Positions 1 through 8,474 of a DNA stretch of 50,938 nucleotides are shown here, piece by piece. The notes beneath the pieces were generated by a model, which was not told the DNA's origin, did not search any database, and was given only the letters and a program-made list of their open reading frames with translations. The stretch is from a virus (Duplodnaviria > Heunggongvirae > Uroviricota > Caudoviricetes), in IMG/VR virus record IMGVR_UViG_2636415959_000002; one strand, given 5' to 3'. How positions within the stretch are numbered: the first letter of the stretch is position 1; every line of letters begins with the position of its first letter. Both the position numbers and the translations under genes were made by a program.

Positions 1-19
1 CTATTTGATAAATATTAAA

Positions 20-1315
20 TTAATTTTTCATTGCTTCGTTATGGGGCATGGTTGGGGCAAACTCGCTTAACTGTGTATTTAACAAAGCTACCTGTGCATT
101 ATTGTTTTCAGACATCCATTTTCCGTATACCTTAAATACCATTTGCGCATCTGCATGGCCCATCTGGTTTGCTATAAATGCCGGGTTAGCACCAGCTGTC
201 AGCGACCAGCAGGCATAAGTATGTCTCGACTGATATGATTTTCGATGGCGGAGTCCGGCACGTTTTATCGCTGCGTCCCACATCTGCCTTATTGAGTCAA
301 CGGTAAAATGGTCACCATAATTTTTTACTCTCGCTGACACTTCAGGTTGAAAAACAAAGGTGCATTTTTGTTTTTCTGTTCTGCCATACTCTCTGAGGTG
401 AACATCAATGATATGCTCTTTGCTCAGTCTCGTTAATGTCATCTGACTCCGGAGAGCGTCGATTGCTGGCTTAATAAGATGAATGACCCGATTGGTTCCC
501 GCCTGTGTTTTTGGTACCGTGAAACGGTCTTTTGCTAAATTTCTCCTGATCATCATTGTTCCATTTTTCAGATCTATGTCCTCCCATCCAAGTGCACACA
601 GCTCACCAGGGCGAACGCCAGTATAAACAGAAACACACCATAAATTTTTTGCTTGCTGATTTCTGCACGCATCGATAAGACGGATAAATTCCTCCCGCGA
701 AAGAGGATCCGGAATGGTTCTTGATTCCTTTAATGGCGAGATCCCCTTAAACGGGTTATCTGCCAGGTAACCGTTATCAACACCAAACTGGAACACGGCG
801 TTAAGATTTGTCATGTAATTATTTACAGTTACAGCCGATCTCCCTGGTTGTGTAACAATATAGTTACTTTTGGGGATCTGGTATCCAGTCAGTAGCTCTT
901 TACGAACCTCCAGTAATTTTTCTTTATTAATCGATGAGGCAAGATTTTTTTCACCGATTATGCTCAGGATATTTTTGATGACGGCACGGTATGTGTTGAG
1001 TGATGTTTTTGCGACTTCAGTTTCTTTCAGTGCCAGAAATTTTTCAGCCAGTTCTTTTATGGTTAAATCTTGTCGGGCCTCACCAAATTTTTCCAGATTG
1101 CGTGAGGAGGGAAACTGTTTTGCATAGTCGAAAACACCAGTTTTTATTGCGTAACAAACAGAGGCGCGTAACTCACCTGCAACGCGCCTGTTTTTTGCTG
1201 TGTCAGGAACCCCCAGGTTTTCCCTGACTCTTACGCCTTTATAAACAAACCAGATACGTAATTTCCCTCCATGGTTTTCCACGCCTGTCGGATATTTCAT
1301 TTCAACTTCTCTCAT
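20..1315 (-). CDS. int: Tyrosine-type phage integrase
   Basis: 431-aa ORF; C-terminal region has the R...H..R...Y-type catalytic residues (HRKSYQSRHTYACW ... MGHADAQMVFKVYGKWM); sits beside an excisionase at the prophage edge. Likely true start at internal Met (MKYPTG, about 1300). Confidence 0.85.
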   Translation of the reverse strand: MREVEMKYPTGVENHGGKLRIWFVYKGVRVRENLGVPDTAKNRRVAGELRASVCYAIKTGVFDYAKQFPSSRNLEKFGEARQDLTIKELAEKFLALKETEVAKTSLNTYRAVIKNILSIIGEKNLASSINKEKLLEVRKELLTGYQIPKSNYIVTQPGRSAVTVNNYMTNLNAVFQFGVDNGYLADNPFKGISPLKESRTIPDPLSREEFIRLIDACRNQQAKNLWCVSVYTGVRPGELCALGWEDIDLKNGTMMIRRNLAKDRFTVPKTQAGTNRVIHLIKPAIDALRSQMTLTRLSKEHIIDVHLREYGRTEKQKCTFVFQPEVSARVKNYGDHFTVDSIRQMWDAAIKRAGLRHRKSYQSRHTYACWSLTAGANPAFIANQMGHADAQMVFKVYGKWMSENNNAQVALLNTQLSEFAPTMPHNEAMKN

Positions 1316-1334
1316 TAGTTAGTGTGGCTTTTAG

Positions 1335-1586
1335 TCAAGTAAGATGACGTCTTGGTCTTGCTGATGCCTGGCGCTCAATCCAGCGATCAATTTCTTCCAG
1401 GTTGTAAAAGCATGGACTGTTATCCCATGGCATACCGTCATGAGCGACATGCTTATATTCCCTTCCTTCCATAAACGATTTTTCCCGGGCCTTTTTTAAC
1501 GTACCTTTTTTTATTCCTTTCAGCGCAATTAACTGCTCTTCGGATACCCATTTGCCGGGAGAGACAATCATGATTACTTCGCTCAT
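1335..1586 (-). CDS. xis: Excisionase-like small DNA-binding protein
   Basis: 83-aa basic ORF immediately upstream of the integrase on the same strand; position and size typical of Xis. Family assignment from context only. Confidence 0.55.
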   Translation of the reverse strand: MSEVIMIVSPGKWVSEEQLIALKGIKKGTLKKAREKSFMEGREYKHVAHDGMPWDNSPCFYNLEEIDRWIERQASARPRRHLT

Positions 1587-1658
1587 CGATTTCTTTATCT
1601 CTTACATCAGACGAGCGCCGGTTGCAGAATACCAGTCACAACCGGCGACAGTTGAACA

Positions 1659-4130
1659 TTAAGAATCAGCCTGACTCGGGATCAGTTTTTGCCAGATAGC
1701 TGAAACGTATTTTGCCTGGTAACGGGCGTCATCAAGTGCATTATGGCGCTCACCTTCGAATGGAATAGCCGTTCTGGCATCGAAGTCTATGGCTTTCCCC
1801 AGCTCAACGATTGTGCGTACATCGCGATCGTTGTAGTAACGCCACGGGCAGGGGATTCCCTGCCGTTCGTATGAACGGCGCAAAATCGTGTTGTCGAAGT
1901 TGGCTCCATTTCCCCAGACATGAACAAAAAATTCACCGGAGTTTTCGTCGATAAATTCCCGCAATTGTAACAGTGCATCATCTAACGGGATTTCATCGGT
2001 CATAATGGCAGATTGCGCTTCGCGTGATTGCTTAAGCCACCATTTAATGGTGTCCCGATCAATGACTCCGCCAGCAGTTTCCAGATCGATAGTCTTACTA
2101 AATTCCGGTCCCATATCTCCGGTTTGCGGATCGAAAAATATTGCACCTATTGAGATGATCGGGGCATCAGGATTTTTTCCCATGGTTTCAAGGTCGATCA
2201 TTAGATGGTCACACGTCCTGCTGGTGGATGTGATTTCGTGATGACCGTTCACCTTAATTGAGTGATCTGCCGTCTCGCCAGTTTCATTATCGCTATTGTG
2301 ATGCTGATTGCCGCCAGTGTTCTCCTTGTGCTGATGCGCAGTGCCTTCCATTTCCTCCGGATCATTTTCCTGAACTTCAGGCTGATTCTCTCCATCGAAT
2401 ATTTCCTGGTATGTTGCGTCACCCATCACCGCACCACAATCAGGGCAGTTGCCGCCACCGCTATGACCGCAGGCGGTGCAGATCTTTTCCGGTTCCTGTT
2501 GCACTACTGGTTCAGGTTGTTTTGTTTCTGGCTCGTTTTGTTGCGTATTTGGGCTGTTTTGTTCCGCTTTCTGGTCGTTCTGTTCCGTTTCTTGCTGGTT
2601 CTGGTTCACAGAATCGCGGGTCTGGATCCCCTTAACCCATTTCGGATCATTCGGGTCGCTAATCCCTTCAACAAATTCACCACGTGATACTGCAAGCAGT
2701 TCATCGGCGTCAGGCTGGCTGATATTGGCTGCCTGCATAATTTTGTTTACTTCGTCAGCGGTAACTTTTACTGACCCTGGTTGTGCGGTCGTGTCAGATG
2801 CACCAGTATTTTGTTGTGAACCTGAGTATGTACCGTTTTTGCGGGCGAAATATTCTTCTTTCGTGATTTCAGTAGCCCCAGCAGACAGCGCCTTATCCAG
2901 ACCAGAAAGTTTGTTTGCGCGACCGTATTTTTCGCCATCCTTGTCGGTGAAGAGGAAGTAGAACGGCCCCTCACGTTCTACAGATGGTTCGACTTCCACT
3001 TTGCATTCGGTTTTTTCGTTGTCTGGAATTGCCGTTTCCACTGCATCAGTTTCTGGTACTGGCGACGAGAGAGTATCAGTTGCGCTCTGATTTGTTCCTT
3101 CATCTTCAAACACGCCCTTTGTAGTCAGGTATTCAGTAATGTATTTGTTCAGTGCCACAGGGTCTTTGTGAATGTCGATCGGACGTTCACGGACAAGGCC
3201 AAAAATAGTCTGGCGGTCGTAGCGAAGGGCATCAGGCTGTTTGCGCATTGATGCCGAGATACGCTTCCAGTCTTCGCGGTCGTTGTCGATAACTTCATTT
3301 TTTGCCCAGCGATGGATGCTGCCGTCAATGTTTCCGGCATCTACATCACCAGGCCAGAGAGCGTAGGCCAGTTCGTCATCCAGTGTTTTCCATGTCTGCT
3401 TGTATTCGCGATGAATGGCAGCAATGACCGGGCTGATTTTTCCTGTTGAATTTTCAGTGTACTGTTGATTGGCTCTGGCGCGGGCGAGATCAACAACAGA
3501 CGTGTATTTTCCGGTTTCCTTGCGTTCACCTTCGCGACGTTTTTTCCAGATGCGCATCTCTGCCTGAATTTCGGGCCATTTAGCACCAGGAATACATTTA
3601 TGCTTAACCCACCCAATGGCGTGCAACTTAAGCTCCGGATACATGGCGTTAACTTCTGGCATTTTCATCAACGCTTCAACGATATGTCCGTCGAATGTTG
3701 CCATGTCTTCCTGCAACAATTCCTGTGCGCTAATAACCATATCAACGGTGATGTTTTCACATGTGTCGAACTTAACCATGACAGCGTTCTGTACTTCAGG
3801 GGCCAGCTTGTCAAAAGTGACGTTCATCGGATCGGATTCAGTCTCAACCGGGACAAAAGAAGCAGACTCCTCATCCCAGCGGTTTTCCTGCATATATTCA
3901 GCATCCCATGAATCGAGGGCAGGGCGGGGTATGCCAGGTTTATCCTCGCAGACAATAAATTTATAAGCGCAGTCCTGAGCAGCCGGATAATGTTCCAGGA
4001 ACTGCCAGTGAAATTTTGCTCGAGCACGGCGTTCGTCGCCAGCTTCAATGGCTGTGGCTACAGCCACAGCGCCTTCTTCCCTTGTTGCCAGTTCGTCAGG
4101 AATAGCGGCGCAAATAAAGACTTTACTCAT
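1659..4130 (-). CDS. Prophage exonuclease with C-terminal DnaQ-like (DEDDh) 3'-5' exonuclease domain
   Basis: 823-aa ORF; C-terminal ~190 aa has Exo I (MIDLETMG), Exo II (HVWGNGANFD) and Exo III (HNALDDARYQ) motifs; long N-terminal region with a Cys4 ribbon (CTACGHSGGGNCPDCG) and a Gln/Glu-rich linker. Similar proteins are often labelled exodeoxyribonuclease VIII-like in prophages. Confidence 0.8.
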   Translation of the reverse strand: MSKVFICAAIPDELATREEGAVAVATAIEAGDERRARAKFHWQFLEHYPAAQDCAYKFIVCEDKPGIPRPALDSWDAEYMQENRWDEESASFVPVETESDPMNVTFDKLAPEVQNAVMVKFDTCENITVDMVISAQELLQEDMATFDGHIVEALMKMPEVNAMYPELKLHAIGWVKHKCIPGAKWPEIQAEMRIWKKRREGERKETGKYTSVVDLARARANQQYTENSTGKISPVIAAIHREYKQTWKTLDDELAYALWPGDVDAGNIDGSIHRWAKNEVIDNDREDWKRISASMRKQPDALRYDRQTIFGLVRERPIDIHKDPVALNKYITEYLTTKGVFEDEGTNQSATDTLSSPVPETDAVETAIPDNEKTECKVEVEPSVEREGPFYFLFTDKDGEKYGRANKLSGLDKALSAGATEITKEEYFARKNGTYSGSQQNTGASDTTAQPGSVKVTADEVNKIMQAANISQPDADELLAVSRGEFVEGISDPNDPKWVKGIQTRDSVNQNQQETEQNDQKAEQNSPNTQQNEPETKQPEPVVQQEPEKICTACGHSGGGNCPDCGAVMGDATYQEIFDGENQPEVQENDPEEMEGTAHQHKENTGGNQHHNSDNETGETADHSIKVNGHHEITSTSRTCDHLMIDLETMGKNPDAPIISIGAIFFDPQTGDMGPEFSKTIDLETAGGVIDRDTIKWWLKQSREAQSAIMTDEIPLDDALLQLREFIDENSGEFFVHVWGNGANFDNTILRRSYERQGIPCPWRYYNDRDVRTIVELGKAIDFDARTAIPFEGERHNALDDARYQAKYVSAIWQKLIPSQADS

Positions 4131-4223
4131 TTTGTTTTAACCTCATGACAGATTTAAGGATGAACAAATCCCTGCCATTGCTGGCATATAAGAATGAAAC
4201 CGGATATTTATTACGGAACTGTT

Positions 4224-4424
4224 TTAAAGACCTGCCGGGATTTCGATATTATCCTGGTGAATAACTTTATCGACCGGGTAACAGTTACCGGGAATTTTCT
4301 GTTCGGTTGCTGCAGTCACACACTCCTGCATTGTCCTGTGAACACTGACTGCAATATCAACTGGCTCTCCGGAAACAAGAAAAACTGTCAGAACAAGTGC
4401 AAATGCTGTATTCATTGCCAGCAT
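4224..4424 (-). CDS. Small protein with predicted N-terminal signal peptide or membrane anchor
   Basis: ORF 4224..4469; internal start MLAMNTAFALVLTVFLVSGEP gives a 66-aa protein with a hydrophobic leader and only a 13-nt overlap with the upstream ORF. Confidence 0.35.
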   Translation of the reverse strand: MLAMNTAFALVLTVFLVSGEPVDIAVSVHRTMQECVTAATEQKIPGNCYPVDKVIHQDNIEIPAGL

Positions 4425-4705
4425 CCTTTTTGTATCGGACGTAAACGGGCCAACATTGAAAGAATGCATATTTTATTTAATAGCTCCCGTTCGTGTTTTC
4501 TCTTGTTAATGGCATCTTCAGTAAATACAGGGTTACTGATAGTGACACCAATTTCAAAACAACCTTCAGACGTATTAACGTTTGGTAATAACGTTTTCAT
4601 TATCGCGTCCTCAACAATGAATTTTGTGATGCAGTGCCTGGTGCCTCCAGGTGACGTTAACCAGTTAACAATTAACGCCGGATACAGAGAATCCACCCAT
4701 AACAC
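4412..4705 (-). CDS. Hypothetical early-left operon protein
   Basis: 97-aa ORF on the same strand as the exonuclease and repressor-proximal genes; no recognisable motif; start uncertain. Confidence 0.3.
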   Translation of the reverse strand: MLWVDSLYPALIVNWLTSPGGTRHCITKFIVEDAIMKTLLPNVNTSEGCFEIGVTISNPVFTEDAINKRKHERELLNKICILSMLARLRPIQKGCWQ

Positions 4706-5086
4706 TGTTTTTGGTTTTAACTGTTCCGCGTGCGCTTAGCCGCATTCACCGCATCACAAAATTCACTTTAAAAACGGCGGCAGAGCAGTCACGGAGTAAA
4801 ACTGATACCGCCAAACGTCACCAGAAAATTGATAACAGAGGGCGTTGCAGCGGGGTTGTCACTTAAGCGTATGGTCAACCTGACAACTCGGTGTCCTCAA
4901 CGGGGAAGGAATAACCCCGCCATACTTACCGCCGCGCCATTTCGCGGGTTGCCACAACCGGAAGCGCACGGTCGAATTAAATTTAACGACACCGTACAGT
5001 GAGACGAACTTCGCCGTGCGCTTTCGTGTTGTGTGCCTGCTTTTAACCACGTCAGGCGAGGTGGTATCCTTAAAATCACCACAGTT

Positions 5087-5704
5087 TTAAGGATTCATTA
5101 AGCAATGTCGCAACCACCAATAAATCCGCTTAAGAACATGAAAATTGATTACTGGTATAAAGCGCTTACAGTTGTTGGCGCTGCGTTGTTTGTCTTTAAT
5201 GGAACGTCTTTTTTTGACAGATATCCCGTTGTTCCATTGGGTTTTTTGTCCTCCGGCATCTTTTTTATTGGTTTGGGGGAGTGGATTAATCACCCTCTCA
5301 AAGTGAGATTTATTGGTCCTGGAGTTTGGACTCGTGGATATAATCGTTCTTCGTGCGCACTCGGTATCATCTTCGACATACTTGGTTGTTTCCTGATTGT
5401 TACAGGAGTCGTCAAGTTCTTCTGATGTAAAACCGCAAATGGGGCACGTAACGGGAATTTTGAAAAGCGTTTCTCCGGGTTCCAGAACAAAATTTTCTGC
5501 GGTCTGATTTTGCTTCTCATATTTGTGCTCCGCGTCATTGTGAGAGCACATTCTTATTCTGAGTGCCTGTTTAAACTCACTGAAGCTGAGAGCTTCTTCG
5601 CCTTCGGCAAGACCTTCGAAGTATTCTTCGTAAGCCTTTTCCATGATTGTGTCGAAATCCATATCACTCACCTGAGTTTCTTTCCAGCCAGCGACGGGCA
5701 CCAT
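5087..5704 (-). CDS. Hypothetical acidic protein with CxxC motif (3' half may be non-coding)
   Basis: 205-aa ORF; N-terminal ~100 aa acidic with CPICGF; C-terminal half is low-complexity and exactly antisense to the plus-strand membrane ORF 5105..5425. Confidence 0.3.
   Translation of the reverse strand: MVPVAGWKETQVSDMDFDTIMEKAYEEYFEGLAEGEEALSFSEFKQALRIRMCSHNDAEHKYEKQNQTAENFVLEPGETLFKIPVTCPICGFTSEELDDSCNNQETTKYVEDDTECARRTIISTSPNSRTNKSHFERVINPLPQTNKKDAGGQKTQWNNGISVKKRRSIKDKQRSANNCKRFIPVINFHVLKRIYWWLRHCLMNP
5105..5425 (+). CDS. Small integral membrane protein (about 3 predicted TM segments)
   Basis: 106-aa ORF with three hydrophobic stretches (VVGAALFVFNGTSFF, LGFLSSGIFFIGLG, ALGIIFDILGCFLIVTGVV); AGGA upstream of the ATG; antisense to the 3' half of ORF 5087..5704, so only one of the two is likely real. 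Confidence 0.35.
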   Translation: MSQPPINPLKNMKIDYWYKALTVVGAALFVFNGTSFFDRYPVVPLGFLSSGIFFIGLGEWINHPLKVRFIGPGVWTRGYNRSSCALGIIFDILGCFLIVTGVVKFF

Positions 5705-5900
5705 TTTCGGTTTTAAACGTTTTGCTTTTGGTATACGTCATCGCGGTGAACGTACCGTCCTGGTTGGGGAACACGCCACATACCGGAGATTCGCTGTTGC
5801 CAAGATCGATAGTATCCATGCTGACCTCATTTCCCCTTAACGCCGGGGTAGCGGAACAAAAACCTGCTGCATAGTTATTAAAGTTGAACCCTGCCGTCAT
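5664..5900 (-). CDS. Hypothetical 78-aa protein, first gene of the leftward early operon
   Basis: ORF with GAGG about 9 nt upstream of the ATG; lies just downstream (leftward) of the operator-like repeats at about 6000-6045. Confidence 0.4.
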   Translation of the reverse strand: MTAGFNFNNYAAGFCSATPALRGNEVSMDTIDLGNSESPVCGVFPNQDGTFTAMTYTKSKTFKTENGARRWLERNSGE

Positions 5901-5994
5901 GTTCTTACGCCTCGGGCTGGCTACTTAACCCCTGACCACTGCCTGGTAACTCGAAGTATTGCCCTGCATTCTGTGGGGCGGGGTGGGTGGCAGG

Positions 5995-6045
5995 CATATA
6001 ATGTACTTTGCGTTCATTGTTGTAAAGTACTATTAGTACATTTTG
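5995..6045. promoter_or_regulatory. Operator-like repeats (OL-like) left of the repressor gene
   Basis: A/T-flanked GTAC motifs: aatgtacttt (~6001), aaagtactat and tagtacattt (~6024-6042) forming an imperfect palindrome; the same motif recurs in the repressor/cro intergenic region. Confidence 0.35.
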
Positions 6046-6116
6046 TGTGTAAAAAAATGAGATGGGATAAAGTGAAGCACAAACCCGGAGGAAGGCGCTA
6101 CCGGATTTATGCTGGT

Positions 6117-6536
6117 TTAAGAGGCTTTTTGTTTTTTCTTTCGTGCTAACTCTTCGTAAATTGCATTGTACTTCTGTTTTTTCTCTTCAAGAGTTTTTAA
6201 AAGTTCATCTGTCTCACTGTCAGGGAGCTCGTCCAGAAGGTCAATGATGATTTTTTGTCTTGGATTTAACTCCTGATAGAAACGTACCTGTCCACTTTCT
6301 TCTGTATCCTCTCCCAAAAGATAGGTTGGTGTTGTTCCTATTAGTGTTGCTAATTCCCTTAATTTCTCCCGGCGAGGAATTGTTTCGCCATTAAACCATT
6401 TGCTAACCGCTTTTGGTGTTAATTTCATTCGACGGGCAATTTCTGCCTGCCTTCCATGTTGTTCATAACCAGCGTTTTCACAGGCTAGCGCAAGCCTACT
6501 GGCGAACTCTTTACGCGCTTTATCTTCATGAACCAT
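6117..6536 (-). CDS. Prophage repressor, XRE-family HTH, non-LexA-like
   Basis: 139-aa ORF with N-terminal helix-turn-helix (QAEIARRMKLTPKAVSKWFNGETIP) and no S24 peptidase domain; divergent from a Cro-like gene. Confidence 0.75.
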   Translation of the reverse strand: MVHEDKARKEFASRLALACENAGYEQHGRQAEIARRMKLTPKAVSKWFNGETIPRREKLRELATLIGTTPTYLLGEDTEESGQVRFYQELNPRQKIIIDLLDELPDSETDELLKTLEEKKQKYNAIYEELARKKKQKAS

Positions 6537-6615
6537 AAGTTCAATGATATTCGCTCTTGAATGTACTGTCAGTTCTGTTATAGCATGTACTCAAAGTTCA
6601 CATTGTGAGGGTGAT
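6537..6615. promoter_or_regulatory. Divergent promoter/operator region (OR-like) between repressor and Cro-like gene
   Basis: 79-bp intergenic region with two copies of atgtact (~6561-6567 and ~6585-6591) matching the repeats at ~6000-6042. Confidence 0.5.
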
Positions 6616-6870
6616 ATGAACCAGAAAACACTTGAAGATGTAATCAAAACTGTTCGCGTTGCTGTTGTGGCCGACGTTTGTGGTGTCAGCCAAAGAGCAA
6701 TCTATAAATGGATGGATAACGGAAAATTGCCTCGCACAGAATATACCGGCGAAACAAATTACGCTGAAAAAATCGCTCTTGCATCAAACGGATTATTTTC
6801 TGCCGATGCAATTTTAACTATTGGCAGGAATAAAACTACTACGAAAAAGCTGATGGGAGTTGATTCATGA
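6616..6870 (+). CDS. Cro-like HTH DNA-binding protein (YdaS-like)
   Basis: 84 aa from internal start MNQKTLEDV with GAGGG RBS; HTH segment VADVCGVSQRAIYKWMDNGKLP; divergent from the repressor. Confidence 0.7.
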   Translation: MNQKTLEDVIKTVRVAVVADVCGVSQRAIYKWMDNGKLPRTEYTGETNYAEKIALASNGLFSADAILTIGRNKTTTKKLMGVDS

Positions 6871-7292
6871 AAATCAAGCATGAACACATCCGCATGGCGA
6901 TGAATGCCTGGGCGCATCCGGACGGCGAAAAAGTACCGGCTGCGAAAATTACCAAAGCGTATTTCGAGCTGGGAATGACGTTCCCGGAACTGTATGACGA
7001 CAGCCATCCGGAAGCCCTGGCTCGCAATACTCAGAAAATTTTCCGCTGGGTGGAGAAAGACACCCCTGATGCGGTTAAAAAAATTCAGGCGTTGTTACCA
7101 GCTATCGAAAAAGCAATGCCACCTCTGCTGGTGGCCCGAATGCGCAGTCATAGCTCAGCCTATTTTCGGGAACTAGTGGAGACGCGGGAACGACTGGTGA
7201 GAGACGCTGATGATTTTGTCGCAGTGGCGATCGCTGGTTTCAACCAGATGAATCGTGGTGGCCCTGCAGGAAATATTGTGGCTGTGCATTGA
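6867..7292 (+). CDS. ydaT: YdaT-like (CII-like) regulator of Rac-type prophages
   Basis: 141-aa ORF MKIKHEHIRMAMNAWAHPDGEKVPAAKITKAYFELGMTFPELYDD..., recalled as closely matching E. coli Rac YdaT; overlaps the stop of the Cro-like gene (operon coupling). Confidence 0.65.
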   Translation: MKIKHEHIRMAMNAWAHPDGEKVPAAKITKAYFELGMTFPELYDDSHPEALARNTQKIFRWVEKDTPDAVKKIQALLPAIEKAMPPLLVARMRSHSSAYFRELVETRERLVRDADDFVAVAIAGFNQMNRGGPAGNIVAVH

Positions 7293-7363
7293 CTCGCAAT
7301 ATTCATACCGGATCACTTCCGGCAATTTATGAGTAAAAAGATTCGGTATCAAAAGAGGTGAGT

Positions 7364-8434
7364 ATGGCTAACGCCTGGCTCAGATTATGGCATGACATGC
7401 CAAATGACCCTAAGTGGCGAACAATTGCCAGGGTGTCAGGGCAGCCAATTGCAACAGTGATGGCAGTGTATATCCACCTCTTGGTGAGCGCGTCACGAAA
7501 TGTCACGCGAGGTCACATTGATGTCACGACAGAAGATTTGGCAAGTGCGCTCGACGTGACAGAAGAGGTAATTGATTCAATTTTGCAGACGATGCAGGGG
7601 CGGGTACTTGATGGTGATTTAATCACTGGATGGGAAAAACGCCAGGTGCTTAAAGAGGACAATGGCAATATTTCGCAAACCGCAAAATCTCCTGCAGAGC
7701 GCAAGAGGGCGCAGCGAGAGAGGGAAAGAAAGCGGGAACAAAATGGCGATTGTCACGGCGCGTCACGAAATGTCACGCACATGTCACGACGAGTCACGAC
7801 AGATAAAGATACAGATAAAGATACAGATCAAGAAGATCAAAACACTATGGTCCATGGCGTAAAAAACGCCACGAACCAGGCAGGGGATGTTCAGACCGTC
7901 AATCTTGGTCAGCCAGCAGGCACGACACCGGAAGCCGATTCAGCGTATGCGCTGAAAGCCGATTCGGGCGCTGTGCAGCAGGTGATGACCGCAAGGCCGG
8001 AGCAATCACACCAACTGCAGCAGCCCGAAGCCGATTCCGCCATTCAGCGGGAAGCCGATCGGGTAGTCCCGGAAAACACCGGGCAGTCTGTGGGACGAGT
8101 GGATTATCCGGATGTGTTCGAACAGGTCTGGCGGGAGTACCCGTTGCGTGCCGGAGCAAACCCGAAGAAATCCGCTTTCAGTGCCTGGAAGGCCAGATTA
8201 CGCGAGGGGGTGCCACCAGAGGCCATGCTGGATGGCGTGAGGCGTTACGCAAGATACTTGGCGGCTACCGGGAAAACGGGAACGGAATTTGTTCAGCGAG
8301 CGACGACGTTTTTTGGACCGGACCGGAATTTTGAGAACCCCTGGTTGCTCCCGGTAAGCGGCACGAACAACCAGCGTTGTGTGAATCATATTTCTGAACC
8401 GGATAACGAAATTCCGCCGGGCTTCAGGGGGTAA
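7364..8434 (+). CDS. ydaU: Replication initiation protein, YdaU/DUF1376-like
   Basis: 356 aa from ATG with AAGAGG RBS; N-terminus MANAWLRLWHDMPNDPKWRTIARVSGQPI typical of the YdaU family; iteron arrays lie inside the coding sequence. Confidence 0.65.
   Translation: MANAWLRLWHDMPNDPKWRTIARVSGQPIATVMAVYIHLLVSASRNVTRGHIDVTTEDLASALDVTEEVIDSILQTMQGRVLDGDLITGWEKRQVLKEDNGNISQTAKSPAERKRAQRERERKREQNGDCHGASRNVTHMSRRVTTDKDTDKDTDQEDQNTMVHGVKNATNQAGDVQTVNLGQPAGTTPEADSAYALKADSGAVQQVMTARPEQSHQLQQPEADSAIQREADRVVPENTGQSVGRVDYPDVFEQVWREYPLRAGANPKKSAFSAWKARLREGVPPEAMLDGVRRYARYLAATGKTGTEFVQRATTFFGPDRNFENPWLLPVSGTNNQRCVNHISEPDNEIPPGFRG
7490..7560 (+). repeat. Iteron cluster 1: GTCACG/GTCACA hexamers at about 10-bp phasing
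   Basis: gtcacg at ~7492, 7502, 7523, gtcaca at ~7512, and an inverted copy cgtgac at ~7555. Confidence 0.5.
7750..7832 (+). repeat. Iteron cluster 2 (five GTCACG at 10-11 bp spacing) followed by a duplicated 12-mer, putative replication origin
   Basis: gtcacg at ~7752, 7762, 7772, 7783, 7793; then agataaagatac x2 (~7801-7824) and an A-rich tail; the 19-mer cgtcacgaaatgtcacgc is shared with cluster 1. Confidence 0.5.
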
Positions 8435-8474
8435 GTGTTAATTTCTGGTCATGAGGTAATTTTCAGGAGGGCTT

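Noticed and set aside
2005-3966. Several plus-strand ORFs (for example 2262..2687, 2476..2961, 3465..3911) inside the exonuclease gene
   Set aside because: All are antisense to an 823-aa ORF with clear DEDDh motifs; sequences are low complexity.
4194-4739. 181-aa Cys-rich plus-strand ORF
   Set aside because: Antisense to two compact minus-strand ORFs in the leftward early operon; composition looks like an antisense artefact.
7490-7832. Short direct repeats considered as a possible CRISPR array
   Set aside because: Units are 6-bp hexamers at 10-bp phasing inside a replication gene, not 25-40-bp repeats separated by unique spacers; no CRISPR-like array was seen anywhere in the window.
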